Below the pieces are notes generated by a model, which saw only the letters and a list, made by a program, of their open reading frames with translations, had not been told where the DNA came from and did no database searches. From NCBI GenBank assembly GCA_013265495.1, contig MU058103.1, positions 124,001 to 188,000 of the forward strand: a stretch of 64,000 nucleotides of DNA, written 5' to 3'. The stretch is from Vicugna vicugna (taxonomy: Eukaryota). Below are positions 40,349-54,336 of this stretch, piece by piece. The position numbers were made by a program, and so were the translations under genes. Positions within the stretch are counted from its first letter, which is position 1; the number at the start of each line of letters is the position of its first letter.

Positions 40349-41036
40349 AATAAATTAAAGATAATAATAATGATACCTGTTTCCAGTGTTTTCATATGTC
40401 TGAAATGAGACAATACACATAAAATCACTTTTAAATGTGCCTTATGTATCATAAGTACTGCATAATTATGTGCCTTTTTTTCTTTGAGAAGTTTCTCACA
40501 GATTGGCTGGGCTCCATGACCACTAACGTGCGATGGAAGCTACTTACGATTGTCTCATGGAAAATGCTGCTTGCTTTTCTTGTTTGTTTTGTTTTTTTGT
40601 TTTTCCTTCATAACATGGGACTGAAAAGAGTGAGCCTTGGTTTTGCTTTCCTAATATCTTTCATTTAATCTTCTCTCTCTTCGTCCTATCTGACATATAC
40701 TCATCCTTATGTTTCAACACAAGGTTAAGATTTTCAACCCAGGGGTAATTATCTGGTAAACCTTCACACAACAGGACACTTTATTAACAATTAGATTTAG
40801 AGATTCTAAAAGGGAAACTTGTGGTGAGTAAAAAAATATAGATAGTTCTACCTCTCTGAATGGCAGAAATGCCATTTTAGGAATTCCTGATGCTGAATAT
40901 ATGAGACATTAAGAGTACATGACAAGAAACATTTGGTTAGTGGCATAGAATTTTAAAAAGTATTTTGTTTTAATTTTAATTAGTTGTATTTACCAATATT
41001 CTATTTTAGTGAATTTAATTTTTTTGAACAACAATA

Positions 41037-41232
41037 TAACATTTTTTATTGACTTACAACCATTGTACAATGTTGTGTCAAATTTCAGTGTAGAGCACAA
41101 TTTTTCAATTATACATGAACATATATATATATATATATTCATTGTCACATTTTTTTCTCTGTGAGCTACCATAAAATCTTGTGTATATTTCCCTATGCTA
41201 TACAGTATAATCTTGTTTATCTATTCTACAAT
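41037..41232 (-). mobile_element. L1 3' end fragment, younger-looking subfamily
   Basis: aacattttttattgacttacaaccattgtacaatgttgtgtcaaatttcagtgtagagcacaa...ccctatgctatacagtataatcttgtttatctattctaca; the tail matches the type at 55096. Confidence 0.85.
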
Positions 41233-41254
41233 TATTTTTTAAAAAATAGTTGAG

Positions 41255-41975
41255 TCCAAGGTAACTAAAATATTTTTCTTTGTTTTATTCTAGAAGCTTT
41301 ATTTTTTTCAGATTTTACCTTTAAGTCTAGTCCATCTTGAGTTAAATGTTATGAGTAGTCTGAAGTAGGATTCAAGATTTACTGATTTTCCGTACAAAAT
41401 ATCCAACTTCTCCAGCACCATTTACTGATAATGCTATCCCACTCCTTTCTAAATTGCAGTGGCACTTTGTTGTAAGTAACCTCAAAAATGTGGATGTGTT
41501 AAAAAAATTCTATTATTTTCATTGATCTAAATTTCTATCCTTGTGCCACTACTATACTCTCCTTATTATAGTAAATCTGACATATGGTATTATAAGTTCT
41601 TCAGTCTTCTTCTTCAAGATTGTTTTGACTATTTTAATGCTTTGTCTTTCCATATAATGTAATTAAAAATAGCCTGTCAGTTTCATACACACACACATAC
41701 ATGCACTTGCGCTTTTATTCTGATTGAGATTTCAGTCAGTATCATCAATTTGAGGATAACTGACATGTTTATAGTGATAGTCTCTCTCAATTCATGAATA
41801 GTGTACTTTATTTATTTGAATCTTATTTACCTTTTCTCAGCAATGTATTTTGGTTTTCAGTATAGACAGCTTACACATCTTTCATTAAATTTTCCTAATT
41901 TGACAGTTTAGGATGTTAATGTAAACTTTTATTTTAAAAGTCAGTGTTAAATTTTCATTTTCTAATTTTTTTGTT
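41255..41975 (-). mobile_element. Old L1M ORF2 fragment
   Basis: ttctagaagctttatt...tccatcttgagttaaat...tccagcaccatttactg...ttcttcaagattgttttgactatt...ttttctcagcaatgtattttggttttcagtatagacagcttacacatct. Confidence 0.8.
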
Positions 41976-42953
41976 CAGATTAGCAACTATGTTTATGATT
42001 TGCATATAGTCATTATTAAGGTTATGAACAGCTATCTTTAATCCAATCACCATGCCAATTTACTACCATATAGACTTTTACTTATATAAGACTCTGAATT
42101 CTTACAGCATGTCTAGCATATATTGCAGAAGTCACCCTTTCATTATATGCAACTTTAGAGATGCAACTACATGTTCTAGTTCATTTTTACATATAAGGCT
42201 TTTCTATAAAATACAAGGTCCATGAGAACAGTAGTCACAATTTGTGTTTCTCATGAAGTTTTGTGCCTGACCCAACATAATTCTGAGCATGTATGATATT
42301 CTCTTAGCCCTTAGATGCTCATTACACTAGGCACCTGGCCTCATTGTCCTCTTTTGTCAACCATAGTAGGCATATTTTTTTCAAACACAATTTTCCTGCT
42401 GAAAGCAGATGGAGTCTCTCAGACTCTCCCCAGATTGCTTCTAACAATTAATTGAATTGGCATACAAGAGAGAAGCAATTTGTGATCTCTGATTTAAACC
42501 TTCAATAAAACTACAGAAAACTAGAGTGAACTTTGGATATTGTGTTTCTGTTTTCTCTAGCTGGGGTTCCCTATTTTTTCTCGCTGGCACTAATCTCTAG
42601 AGGTGAGTGGACATACTCTATCTTATTAGGGTTTTCTGTAACACACAGAGTTCTCGGTTATTATACATATGTAATATATTTTTTTCCATTTTATGTGCAT
42701 ATATGTATATATTCATATATAATCTTGATTTTAATATAATCTAATCTATTTTAGTGATTATTTGGATTATTCTTGATTATAAAGAAAACATGGAAATGTA
42801 CCTCTTACATAAATTAGATAAATGATGTTTTGCACCAAGTGATATCAAGTTGTTATACAAATGAAAGTTTTAGCAGTTTGAATAGAGAAAATCACTTAGA
42901 GAACACGAGGGTAACATGGCACATGAAAATGTTTATAAGAAAACAAAATAAAT

Positions 42954-42997
42954 AAAAGAAAAGAAAAGAAAAGTAAAGAAAAGAAAAGAAAAGAAAA
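42954..42997. repeat. (GAAAA)n simple repeat
   Basis: Read directly from the sequence. Confidence 0.9.
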
Positions 42998-43371
42998 CCT
43001 GAACTATCAAGACCCAACATACATTCAATGTCAATGACATAGAATACATAGGAAGGGAAAACTAAACTAGGTTTCTTCAGTTGGTAAGGAGAGGCTGAGC
43101 AGCCAGGTTGCTGCTAGGTCGAAGAGTTGTGGGGTTGGGCATCTGCCTCTTGGTCTTTGTTTTCATAATTTCCCAGCATTATAGAGCAATTCCAGATGGA
43201 ATTCAGGGAAGGGGTATGTATGTGTGTCTGCCCGTGTGCTTAAGACATATAGTAGGGAGCTGTGCTACCTTAATGGTTTTTAATGCATCTCTATTTGAAA
43301 ATCTTGAATCTCAGGATTTACCCAGTCTTAACATCTCCATATCTTTAACAAAATTAAGAGGGTAAAGTGGA

Positions 43372-43740
43372 TTTTTTTAATTGAAGTATAGTCAGTTACA
43401 AAGTGTCAATTTCTGGTATACAGCACAATGTCCCTAGTCATGCATGTATATACATATATTCATTTTCATATTCTTTTTCACAGAGTTATTGCAAGATATT
43501 GAATATAGTTCCTTGTATTATACAGAAGAAATCTGTTTTTTAATCTATTTTTATATATAGTGGTTATCATTTGCAAACCTCAAACTCTCAAATTTATCCC
43601 TTCCCACCCCGTTTTCCTCAGTAACCATAAGATTATTTACTATGTCTGAGAGTCTGTTTCTGTTTTGTAGATTCATTTGTGTGCTCTTTTTTCTTTTCTT
43701 TTTTTTTTTTATATTTCACATATGAGTGATATCATGTATT
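43372..43740 (-). mobile_element. L1 3' end fragment (camelid-type)
   Basis: tttttttaattgaagtatagtcagttacaaagtgtcaatttctggtatacagcac...ttcacatatgagtgatatcatgtatt. Confidence 0.9.
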
Positions 43741-46700
43741 TAACTTGAGTAATTATGAAAATAATAAAGAATTTTTTAAATGACTAAAACTGAAGTTTGA
43801 AATCTACTCCCACAAAAATTACACATATGTATGCATATCTATGTGATTTTAACCATACTTTGTGGCTCTAAGGCTCTAAGGCATGATGCTAATATCACTC
43901 TCTCTGATTCCTAATATTGAAAGACTTGAGAATAATTTGTAGCCAATTTTGCCAGTGGAATAATAATAATAAGTCAATATGACTTTTCCTGATGCTGTCA
44001 TGTTGCTGTCACTTCACACCATGAGTTTTAGTGGGATTTTAAATTCCCATGAGAAAACCTTTATGACTCAGTGTGTCTTTTTTTATTCACTTATTCCAAG
44101 TGCAGTATCACTGTTCTCAGTCTGTAACACATGATTTTGCCTTGCTTTCTTTTAACATGATATATGAAATCTGACTGTGACTCGGGATGCCAGAGCACCT
44201 TGTGTTTCCCATGTGGAATCAGTTCTCTCTCTCTGGTGGTTGCATCCTTACTACTTGCACCGAGAAGGAGGATGTTCAAGCCCTGAGGTGGAAAAAAAAT
44301 CGCTTGTTGCTTATATTTAGATTTGAAAATAAATGAATCCTTTCCTGCAGTGACATGACACTTTCCTAGTGGCATCACTAGCAGTTTCTTTTACTTCAGT
44401 TTTATCTTGAACGTACATTTTTAACAACTTCATACGCAGCAAGATGTTCATGAGTGCTCCATTTTAGCTTATTAAAAACAAAAGCAAATCAATATGTCTG
44501 CTATCAGTAGGACAACAGCCTCTGGTAGACTGGTGTGATGTCAGTCTTACACGTTAGATGGCACATTATGAATAACACGTATTAAGTTACATTGCAGTAG
44601 AAGTCCCAACTCCTGAGTTCCAATCCCTGGGCTTTGCGCCCCAACTAGCCATTCTCCTGACGTTACCTTACTAACCTCTCTGGACTTCAGTCTCCTTGAT
44701 TAAAAAGAAAGTGTTTGGCTTCTATAACTCTAAAGTTGTTTCTAGTTCTATCTGTTATCCTTGGACTATAATAATATTTCTACATTAAATAATTTTGATC
44801 TTTAATTCATAACTGGGGACTTATTAACATGTAAGCTTTCTCATTGAGCTTCTAGTCAGGACCATCTGGCTAATTTCTAGTCTATTTTAGGCACTATTTT
44901 GAGTGAGAAGATATCCACCCTCCAATTACAGGAGCCTGGAGACTAACTCTGGAACCTTTGAAGCTTTGTTCTATTCCCAGTAAAGAGACATTTTTTGAAA
45001 CCTGCAAGAGAGGATGACATTTCTAAGGTTCAAGGAAGTGTGAACTTTGGCACTGAATATATTATGCTATTCAGTTGTACTTCCTGAAGTTTATACTTAA
45101 TGTAGGCATTGTGCTGCTATTGTTAAACATACTTTTGAATCAAAGAAGAAAGAGAAAATATCTCGATTAAAGGTAATCTTGACATAAAGATGTCTATTGT
45201 TACTAGCAGAGCTTCTGAATACACTGGAACAGTTCTTGACAGTAAAGGGGTTTTCATTACATATTTTACATCACAATCAAACAAGCAGGAATAAAAAACT
45301 GAACAATGCTTACAGGTCTATGGTTTTTGACCTGTGTCAAGAAATAGGAAGAGAAAAATGAATTTCACAGTTAAGAATGAGAGTATTTTCTTTTTGTAAT
45401 CAGTGGACATGATTTGATTTCTTTTGCAGGAATGTCTATATTAAAACACATTAAATAATGTTTCAATTAATACATTTTAACTGAGGATGTCTAGGTTTAT
45501 TCACTTAGTCATTGTAGTTGCTATTTTAGAGTATTGTATAATTGATGCTTCTCAAAGAATTTTCAGGATCACTTGCTTCAATGCATGTATTTTACAGATG
45601 CTGTGATATTGTAGGAGGTTGCTTTTGAATCCTTAGTTTCATTTCTCATTTGAGAAACGTTGGTCGGGAGACTCTCTAACCCTTAGTTTGCTCATCCATG
45701 AAATCTACAGAATATAATCACTATTGTAAATAGTTAGGTAGGGAGGTTTGCCCAAAGTTACATAGTAACTACTAGTGTTAGAGCTAAATTAGATAGAAGA
45801 TCTGAAATCCAGGCCTTGATTTTTATACTATAGTAAATTACCTCCCTCCATAAAGTATAATATATGCATTCCCTCCATAAAATATAATATATGCTTTCCA
45901 GATGCACTAATGTTATATATGTGTGTATGATTATATATTACTATGTGCCAGACACAGTTTTAAACATTTATATTACATACATTTAATATATTATTTAATC
46001 CTCACAACAATCGTATGATACAAATATTATATATTTTCCAGTACATTTATTATGGCATAGCAATGTCAAATTACTTATTCAATGTTTCATTCTATAGTGC
46101 TTGCTTTTAATTACTACTATTTGTTACCTGTACATTGTAATAACTGAGTTCCTAAAATAAGGGCTTCTGATAGCATTGAAACAATACTCATTCAGTTTAA
46201 GTTCTGTGAAAAATCTTTTCTACTATTTTCCCAGAAGGCACAGGGAAATGCTTATACTATGGCAAAGTGGTGATGGTAGGGCAAAAACTAATCTATGTAA
46301 TATAAAATACAGTTATGTAAAGCTAAAAATCACAAAACTGACCACAATTGGGTTAAAGTGGTGAAACTTCGGCCATTTTATTTGATGATACATTTCCACA
46401 TGTGAAAGGTCATCCTCATGCCTATGTAGATTAGGTTAGTGAAGGAATTGTTGAGAGACTGGGATACTGGTTAGAAGTTATTGTAATTGTTCATGTAGCA
46501 GGCTAACAGAACCTGAACTAGGGGAGAGACCTTGAGTCTCAGCCACAAAAGCGAAGCTGTTGTTTATTACCATTATTGGTCCTGAGCTTTCAATGAAGAG
46601 TGGACCAACTTTATTCTGTCATATCTACATGGCCATTTTCTCTGTTGCTGCCCCTCAAACTCTCCATTCTGGGAAAGAATCTCAGTGCAAAAATGCAGAC

Positions 46701-49494
46701 ACTTCAGGAACATCTAAACTATGTCATCTCAAGATTTCTAACACATTCCCTTATACCTCCCCTGCCCCCAGTTCTGATAACATTTTGCCTACCCTCCCCC
46801 ATCTCCTATTATATCCCTAAAACAAATTCAGCTAAAGATAAGAGTTGAATATCCATTGCATTTATCAAAGTAGGAAGTCATTTTTGGCATTAGATAGAAC
46901 AGTTTCAATACAGGAGTGAGGCAAAAGCAAATAGTGGTAGACTAAGGAAGAATGAATGCAGGAAGAAAGTGGAGATTGACAAGGAAGAGACTGAAGATAC
47001 AGGAAGGAGAGAAAGAAACAGAAAGAGAGATGAGGTCGGGGAGAGAAAGAGAGGTGGGGAAGAGGGAGAGAGAGAGTGAGAGAGAACATGTGAGTGAAAA
47101 GAAGATAAACATTCTGCAGGAGTCATGGCTAAATGCTTATGTTACGAAGTGATAATGGTAGGACAAAAATAATTGAAACAGTATCATTACAGTTATATAA
47201 AAATAATATAACAATGATTATAAAAGTAAAAAAATATAACTATGGTTGGGTTAGAGTGGTAAGAGTACTTGTTTTTCATACTTCACTTCCCAAGTTTTCT
47301 ATTATGCTGTTATATTACTTTATAATATTAATTATATAATTTGAACTTCATACTAAATTTAAAATTAGAAAGGACTCCTTAGCTAAGTCTTCCACAAACC
47401 CACATACACACATGTGCAAACTTACTCATTTGTACACACAAGGGCACATTAATATGTGGTTAAAAAAATAAGAAATGTCAACATCAACATATACAGGAGA
47501 GCACCAAGGATTGATTGAATGTTAGAGGACTTGGTCCATGTGCCATGTCTTACAGAGAAGTTGCTATTCCTTGGAACAGAGGCCTCTATGTAAAAAGTCA
47601 TTACAGATAATTCCATATATATTCTAGTATTTATGGACAAAGAGAAGTTCCTCCATTGGAAAACATCTTCATATTTTACAACAATTAGTGTTCAAATAAC
47701 TTCCAATTCACTACCAGAGTTGAGTTTGAGGACAGAAAATTTTGGAAGAAGAAATTTGGTCAAAAATTGAGATCACCCTCTGCTCTCATATAATTGGCCT
47801 TCAGTTTTTCCCTTTATAATGGGTACTCAAGAATCTGTAAACTCATTTCCTGAATAATGTAGAACAATGGTTATCAATACAAAAATGAGTTCAGAAAACT
47901 TTACAAATTCCTACGTATGGTGAGCCAGCTTGATGGAATTTATAAGCATGAGGGAGAGAGATTAATGTAAGAACGATCTAATTAAGTAATTGTTGTGTTA
48001 TAAGTTATGAGCTTTCAATTAAATAAAATCCTAAATTATTCTTTTTGCCTTCACTAATTAGTGGGTTTTGTATCTGCTTCAGTTAAGCATGAAGACTGAT
48101 ACTGGTATAGTCTTTTCACTTTGGGGACTGAATTTGCAATTTTCCTAATCTTCTGGGATTTCATGCAGTTAAAATGAAATTGAATCCTTAGCTTAATTCT
48201 GCTTTGGGAGTTTGCTGGACAGAAAACCCCATAACTTCACAGGGTAGAGACTTGAATAATGTGAAGTTTCCACTTTGTTACCATCTCAAGTGTGTTTATA
48301 TACTATCTTCTCCATGGAGTTATCCTTATCTACCCAGTTGGTATTGATCTCTGGACTCTCTAAAGGTCTTTGTGGGATTTCCATTTTTGCAGTGTTGATA
48401 ATCTCTTGTTTACTCATCTCTCTTCCTTAATAAACTGTATACTTTGAAGATCAGTACAATATCTTATTATTACAATGTTTGCCTACAATGATGAGATCAT
48501 TGTTTGGTAAGATCAAGGTTTGATGTATGGTATGTGCCAAGTAGTTACTTCATGTATTGTCTCAGTGGACACATACAACACTTTTGCCTTCATCAGTCAC
48601 AGGGCACATGTGTGGAACCTGCCTTTATTCAAAGCACTGATCCTCAGAGTCACCATCAGTTGATTCCTTTTAGTCTGTTTCTGACTACTACAAATAACGT
48701 TTCTTCCAGCAGCTACTGTCATTAGACATAAATCTATAATGGATAACACCTTCTCTTTTCTGGGGATCTAATGGAAGAATGGACACAGACTCAGGAATTA
48801 GTCTACCTCAGGTCAAATTTTACTATTCACATCTTTGAATTTAAGTACCTCTGATTTCTTATTTAAAGAATGAAAATATCAATGATTTTTTTCTTAGATA
48901 TAAAGGAGAATTTAAACTTAAGGCTTTATGGTTGTGAGGATTAAAATTAGGTAGCATTACATATATTATAAAAGAGGGAAGAAACTTTCCTTTGGCTTTA
49001 TCCTTTGGAAAATTAAATTAAAAATTCTAGAACAATTTTTAAAGGGTGCTTTATACTTACTTCAAAGAAAGAGCAACAGCTTAAGCTTGTATGATTTCAT
49101 GGAGGATAGGACATGGTCCACCAAGCACATTTCTTCTCTTTGCTATGAAGTTATAGATTGATTAGAGAAAGGAAGTCAATATTTATGGATTTAAGGCTTA
49201 CATTTGTCATGGTCTCTCAATATATACTTGTGAATAAGTTGGAGAACTAAGGAATGTGTTTAAAGACAAGCTTTTGAGTAGCTACTTCTTTATTCATGTT
49301 GATAAGCCAATGTCATTTTTATAGCGGGAATCACCTTGTGCTGGCTCCATGGTTCTGTTCTAAGTTTCTTGTGTAGATTCTGTGACTTGTACAAGAGAAG
49401 GCAGAGCACATTCATGAGATTTGTAGGGTGGAATAAGTTTAGACATGACAGTAAATGCAAAACACAAGTTAATTAAAAAGATTTAGTAGAAGAG

Positions 49495-49682
49495 TCATCA
49501 AAATATGGTTTCTGTATTACCTATATGAGATTTACTGTAAATATTTTTTAAAAAGTCAGAATTCTTGACCATACCCCAGAAAAACTGAGTTTGGATCTAT
49601 AATGAAAGGATCAGAAATGTGAAGTTTTAGCATTTTCACTCAAGCAGTCCCTATGCAGAGTAAACTTTGCATATTACTGATT
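49495..49682. mobile_element. MER5-like hAT MITE (degenerate)
   Basis: ttaaaaagtcagaattcttgaccataccccagaaaaactgagtttggatct...tatgcagagtaaactttgcatattactg. Confidence 0.5.
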
Positions 49683-50074
49683 TGGGTAAAGAATTAAATC
49701 CATCAAGGTGAAATTTAACTGAAATAGAGACCAAGGCCTATTACGTTTCTACATGGGTAGACTGGTAATAAAGACTATTTAGGAATTCTTGTCAATAGTT
49801 AGCACAACGTAAGTTAAATATGAGGTGAGGTTGCCAATAAATACAATGTAATTGTTTTTCTAGTTAATATTCACCTTTTTATTCATTCATTCACTACTGT
49901 CTGTCAGTTGCTTATTTATACATTTACTCATTCAACTCTTACTGTGAAGTAAAATTCTAGATGAAGTAAAAGTTAAATCTTCGTCTATCTTCAGAAATTT
50001 CTTATTTCAAAAGGGGAGACACACAAAATAATCTGAATTAGTACTGAACAGTACTTGCCATATTAGATATAGCA

Positions 50075-50766
50075 TGGCTTGCTAAAAAAAAAAACCCTAA
50101 AAATAGACTTACTGTATGATTCAGCAATCCCACTTCGGGGTATATATCCAGAGCGAACTCTAATATGAAAAGATACATGTACCACAATATTCATAGCAGC
50201 ACTATGTACAATAGCCAGGACATGGAACCAACCTAAATGTTCATTGACAGATGACTGAATAAAGAAGTTGTGTTATATTTATATAATGGAATACTGCTCT
50301 GTCATAAAACAGAATAAAATAATGCCATTTGCAGCAACATGGATGGACCTAGAGATCATCATTCTAAGTGAAGCAGGCCAGAAAGAGAAATAAAAATACC
50401 ATATGATATCACTCATACATGGAATCTAAAAAAAAGGAGGGGGATACTAAAAACTCATCTACAAAACAGAAACAGACTTTCAGACTTAGTAAACAATCTT
50501 ACGGTTACAGGGGGAAAGGGACCGGGGAAGGATAAATTTGGGAGTTAGAGATTTACGAATGTTAGCCGTTATATATCAAAATGCATTTTAAAAATGTTTC
50601 TTTTGTATAGTACAGGGAACTATGTTCAATATCTTGTAATAACCTTTAATAGAAAAAATATGAAAGAAAATGTATGTATGTATATGCATGACTGGGATAT
50701 TATGCTGTACACCAGAGATTGACACATTGTAGTTGACTGTACTTCAATTTTAAAAAATATATACAT
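50075..50766 (+). mobile_element. 5'-truncated L1 (end of ORF2 plus 3' UTR)
   Basis: ctaaaaatagactt...tcagcaatcccactt...aatgccatttgcagcaacatggatggacctagag...gactgtacttcaattttaaaaaa; possible TSD atatagca at 50067-50074 and 50767-50774. Confidence 0.93.
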
Positions 50767-53260
50767 ATATAGCAGAAAAAACATAATAAAAATAAGAGGA
50801 GATATGCCTCACCCAGTTGGTTGCTGATGAAAACTCGAAGTTGAGTAGGAGTTATCTAACTAAAGAGGGGACAGAAGCAAGGATTATGGCAGGAAAGTGG
50901 AACAGTCTGTGCAAAGGTAGGAAGACAAATATAAGCATATTTTGAATTTGTAAGTAATCTGTAATGGCTAGAGCTTAGGGTAGGAGGAGAGTAGTGAAAG
51001 GTACACCTGGAGGCCGTATAATTCTCGGAACACGCAGAACTTTAATGCCAGAGTCACTATTTTTATCCTATGTGGCCTGATTTCAATATAATAAGATTTT
51101 CATGTGCCATTTGAAGAAGGTGGCTTAGAACCAGTAAAGAATGTCTTATTTTCCACAGATAAATTATGCTTTTAAATGGTAAACTTCAGTATGGAAAATT
51201 GTGGCTGTAGAATTTAATTTCTGAGCGAGACTTTACCAAGATGTAAAACTGACTTTATGTAAGGGAAAGGATTGTCATAAGAGAAGTATTTTATTGTTAT
51301 AAAAGGTTATGCACTGTTTCATTGTGTTTTAATTAAACACTGACAACCCATCTATAAGCTTTATTTCTTAAGAAATGTCACGGCTAGTTTGACTATTGAA
51401 TTAGTTTCTCTTTTTCTTCCTTGGTAGACCTTTATCCTCCTGTAATATTATTCAAGAAATTGATTTTACCAATTATGTTCCAATTTCATGGTGTGAATTT
51501 TAATTTTTTTCTATAAGTAGTTATGCTTATTATGTGTCCAAGAAAACTTATACATTGGATGGGATTCTTTGAGAAGGTGAGGAGATTGACTCCAGAATAT
51601 GGATTTGTCATCTATAATGAAAGATTTCCTACCAATTAACTATTATTAACAGGATATGATTAACTCAAACAGATAAAGACTCTTCATTTACTAGTTCAGT
51701 ATCCTGGGTAAGTTTGTGAACTAAATAAATGTTTTAACATCCTAAGTTTAATGCTGGTTCTTTAACTGCATTCAGGAAAGGAGAGAAAGATGTTAGGATA
51801 TAAAGATGCCCAGGAGCTAAAAAGGAAAATACATTTCTTGCAAAGTTTGCTAATGGCATGCTTTTCTGACAGACAAAAAATACACAATTAGTTCTTTTCT
51901 AGAACTAGAAAAGTTTGGGTGAACTGTAAGGTTCTAGCTGGAAGTACAAATATGCTAATCTGTAAAATACCAAAACCTTGGTTTTATTTCCATCTCTCTA
52001 ATCCCTGCAATAAATAGTTCACCTCTCCAATTCACCTGCCACTCTAAAATTCTCTCTATAAAGCAGATGTAGCCATGCTACTCTTAAAAACCTATGATGC
52101 CCATCTATGAACCCATGCACACACACATACACACATTAATCACAGGTTTAAGCCAACCTCTCTTTAGACAGAAAAGACTGTTCAAAATGGATCCTCCTTC
52201 CTTTTCAGCCAGATGTCTACCGGTCCCTCATGTTTCAATGTAGAAAACCAGTTCTTTCGTCATCAAAGGGACAAGGCTGTTCATGCATCCAGGCTTTTAA
52301 ACCTGCTGTTCTCTCCGAGTGGAGTGCCTTTCTGCTATCCCATACGTGGAGAAATGACAGAAACCTTTCCTACACAATAGTGGACAATGCAGATAAAGCT
52401 CCCTGTAAAGAGAATATTTTGTAAAACACCTGAGAAACCCTCAGTTTTTCTTTATTTCCTAACATGGAATACATAGCAGCTACAAAGCTGCCTGACAAAG
52501 CCAATCTCATGAACTGCTTCCATTCAGTGTTAAGTGGGATATAATCCAAAGGGTTTACATTTTACACTAGACCAGATGGTTGAATTGTAAATCCAGGGCC
52601 TTTTGATTTTGTTATACCTCATGGCCTGGTTAAATGGATTTTTAGCAGTAACCCACTCAGGGAGGGACAACAACTAAAAATATGTGCCCTGAGGGTTCAC
52701 CATGACACTCCAAATGAATGACTATCTCAGTATGAAAATCTCAGTGTAGTGCTGAGTCCCCTTCTCTAGTCTCTGCCAGCTGCTGAAGTAAGTTAGTCAT
52801 CCAAAGCCTCTGAATCTGAGTTTCCTTGTCTATAAAATGTAGGTTAGTCATACTGAAGAGCTGCCCATGACATGCTCATTACTTCATTGGGCATTACTGA
52901 GTTGTATCAATAAGGATACTATTGACAGCAAGAAGAGACTCCTAGAGGGTTGACCAGTTGTTAAAAAATGCAGTTACCCATTTTACTAATAATATCAAAC
53001 AGTCCTCAGATTGGCTTTCTCCTGAAGAGATTTTTTTTACAGCATGGTCTCTAACATGCTATTCCCAAAGAAAGAAAAGTAATGTGCTTTTCTAAGAATT
53101 ATACCAGGCAGATACTAGCCTGCCGTGCTTTTCTGTGGCATGGCAAGTGATACTTAGAATCTTGGAATTTCCTAGGAGAGGCTTGAGCCATCTATGGGGA
53201 CCCAACTATACTTGAATCATTGGATTTTAAATGGAGTTTTGGTCTGAAAGAAGAAGGTTA

Positions 53261-54336
53261 GTTTTATTCCTAGGTATTTTATTACTGTGGGTGCTATTTT
53301 AAAGGGGATTGTTTCTTTACTTTTTGTGTTAATTTATCGTTAGAGTAAAGAAATGCAACTGATTTTTGAACGTTAATCTTGTAACCTGCTACCTTGGTGA
53401 ATTCTTCGATCAGCTCTAGTAGTTTTTCTGTGGACCTTTTAGGATTTTCTATATAAAGTATCATGTCATCGGCATATAGTGACACTTTTACCTCTTCTTT
53501 TCCAATTTGGATCCCTTTTATTTCTCTCTCGTGCCTGATTGCTGTGGCTAGAACTTCCAACACTATGTTGAATAGGAGTAGTGATAGTGGGCATCCTTGT
53601 CTTGTCCCAGATTTTAGTGGGAAGCTTTTGAGTTTTTCACCGTTGAGTACTATGCTGGCTGTAGGTTAGTCATATATAGCTTTTATGATGTTGAGATATG
53701 TTCTGTCTATACCCACTTTGGTGAGAGTTTTTATCATAAATGGGTGTTGAATTTTATCAAATGCTTTTCCTGCATCTATTGAGATGATCATGTGGTTTTT
53801 GTCCTTTCTCTTGTTGATGTGATGTATTACATTGATTGATTTGCATATGTTGAACCACCCTTGTGTCCCTGGGATGAACCCCACTTGGTCATGATGTATA
53901 ATCTTTTTTATGTGCTGTTGGATTCTATTTGCTAATATTTTGGTGAGGATTTTGGCGTCTATGTTCATCAGTGATATTGGCCTACAATTCTCTTTTTTGG
54001 TAGTGTCTTTGCCTGGTTTTGGTATCAGGGTGATGGTGGCTTCATAGAATGAGTTTGGGAGTATTCCCTCCTTTTCAATCTTCTGGAAGAGTTTGAGAAG
54101 GACTGGTATGAGTTCTTCTTTGTATGTTTGGTAGAATTCCCCAGTGAAGCCGTCTGGTCCTGGACTTTTATTTGTAGGGAGGTTTTTTTTTTATTGCTTA
54201 TTTGATTTAATTTCTAGTGATTGGTTTGTTCAAGTGGTCAGTTTCTTCTTGATTCAGTCTTGGTGGACTGTATGTTTCCAGAAACTTGTCCATCTCCTCT
54301 AGGTTATCCATTTTGGTTCCATATAGTTTATCATAA
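53261..54336 (-). mobile_element. Internal L1 ORF2 fragment (reverse transcriptase region), disrupted
   Basis: ORFs 53666-53968 ([34 protein letters not shown]) and 53294-53563 ([14 protein letters not shown], with the catalytic YADD motif); flanked by direct repeat AAGGTTA at 53254-53260 and 54337-54343. Confidence 0.97.

Noticed and set aside
46940..47110. Charged Glu/Arg-rich ORF 46952-47152
   Set aside because: It is the translation of a GA-rich low-complexity tract.
53294..53968. Reverse transcriptase ORFs as a novel RT system (retron or DGR-like)
   Set aside because: The peptides are typical mammalian L1 ORF2p, broken into separate ORFs and truncated.
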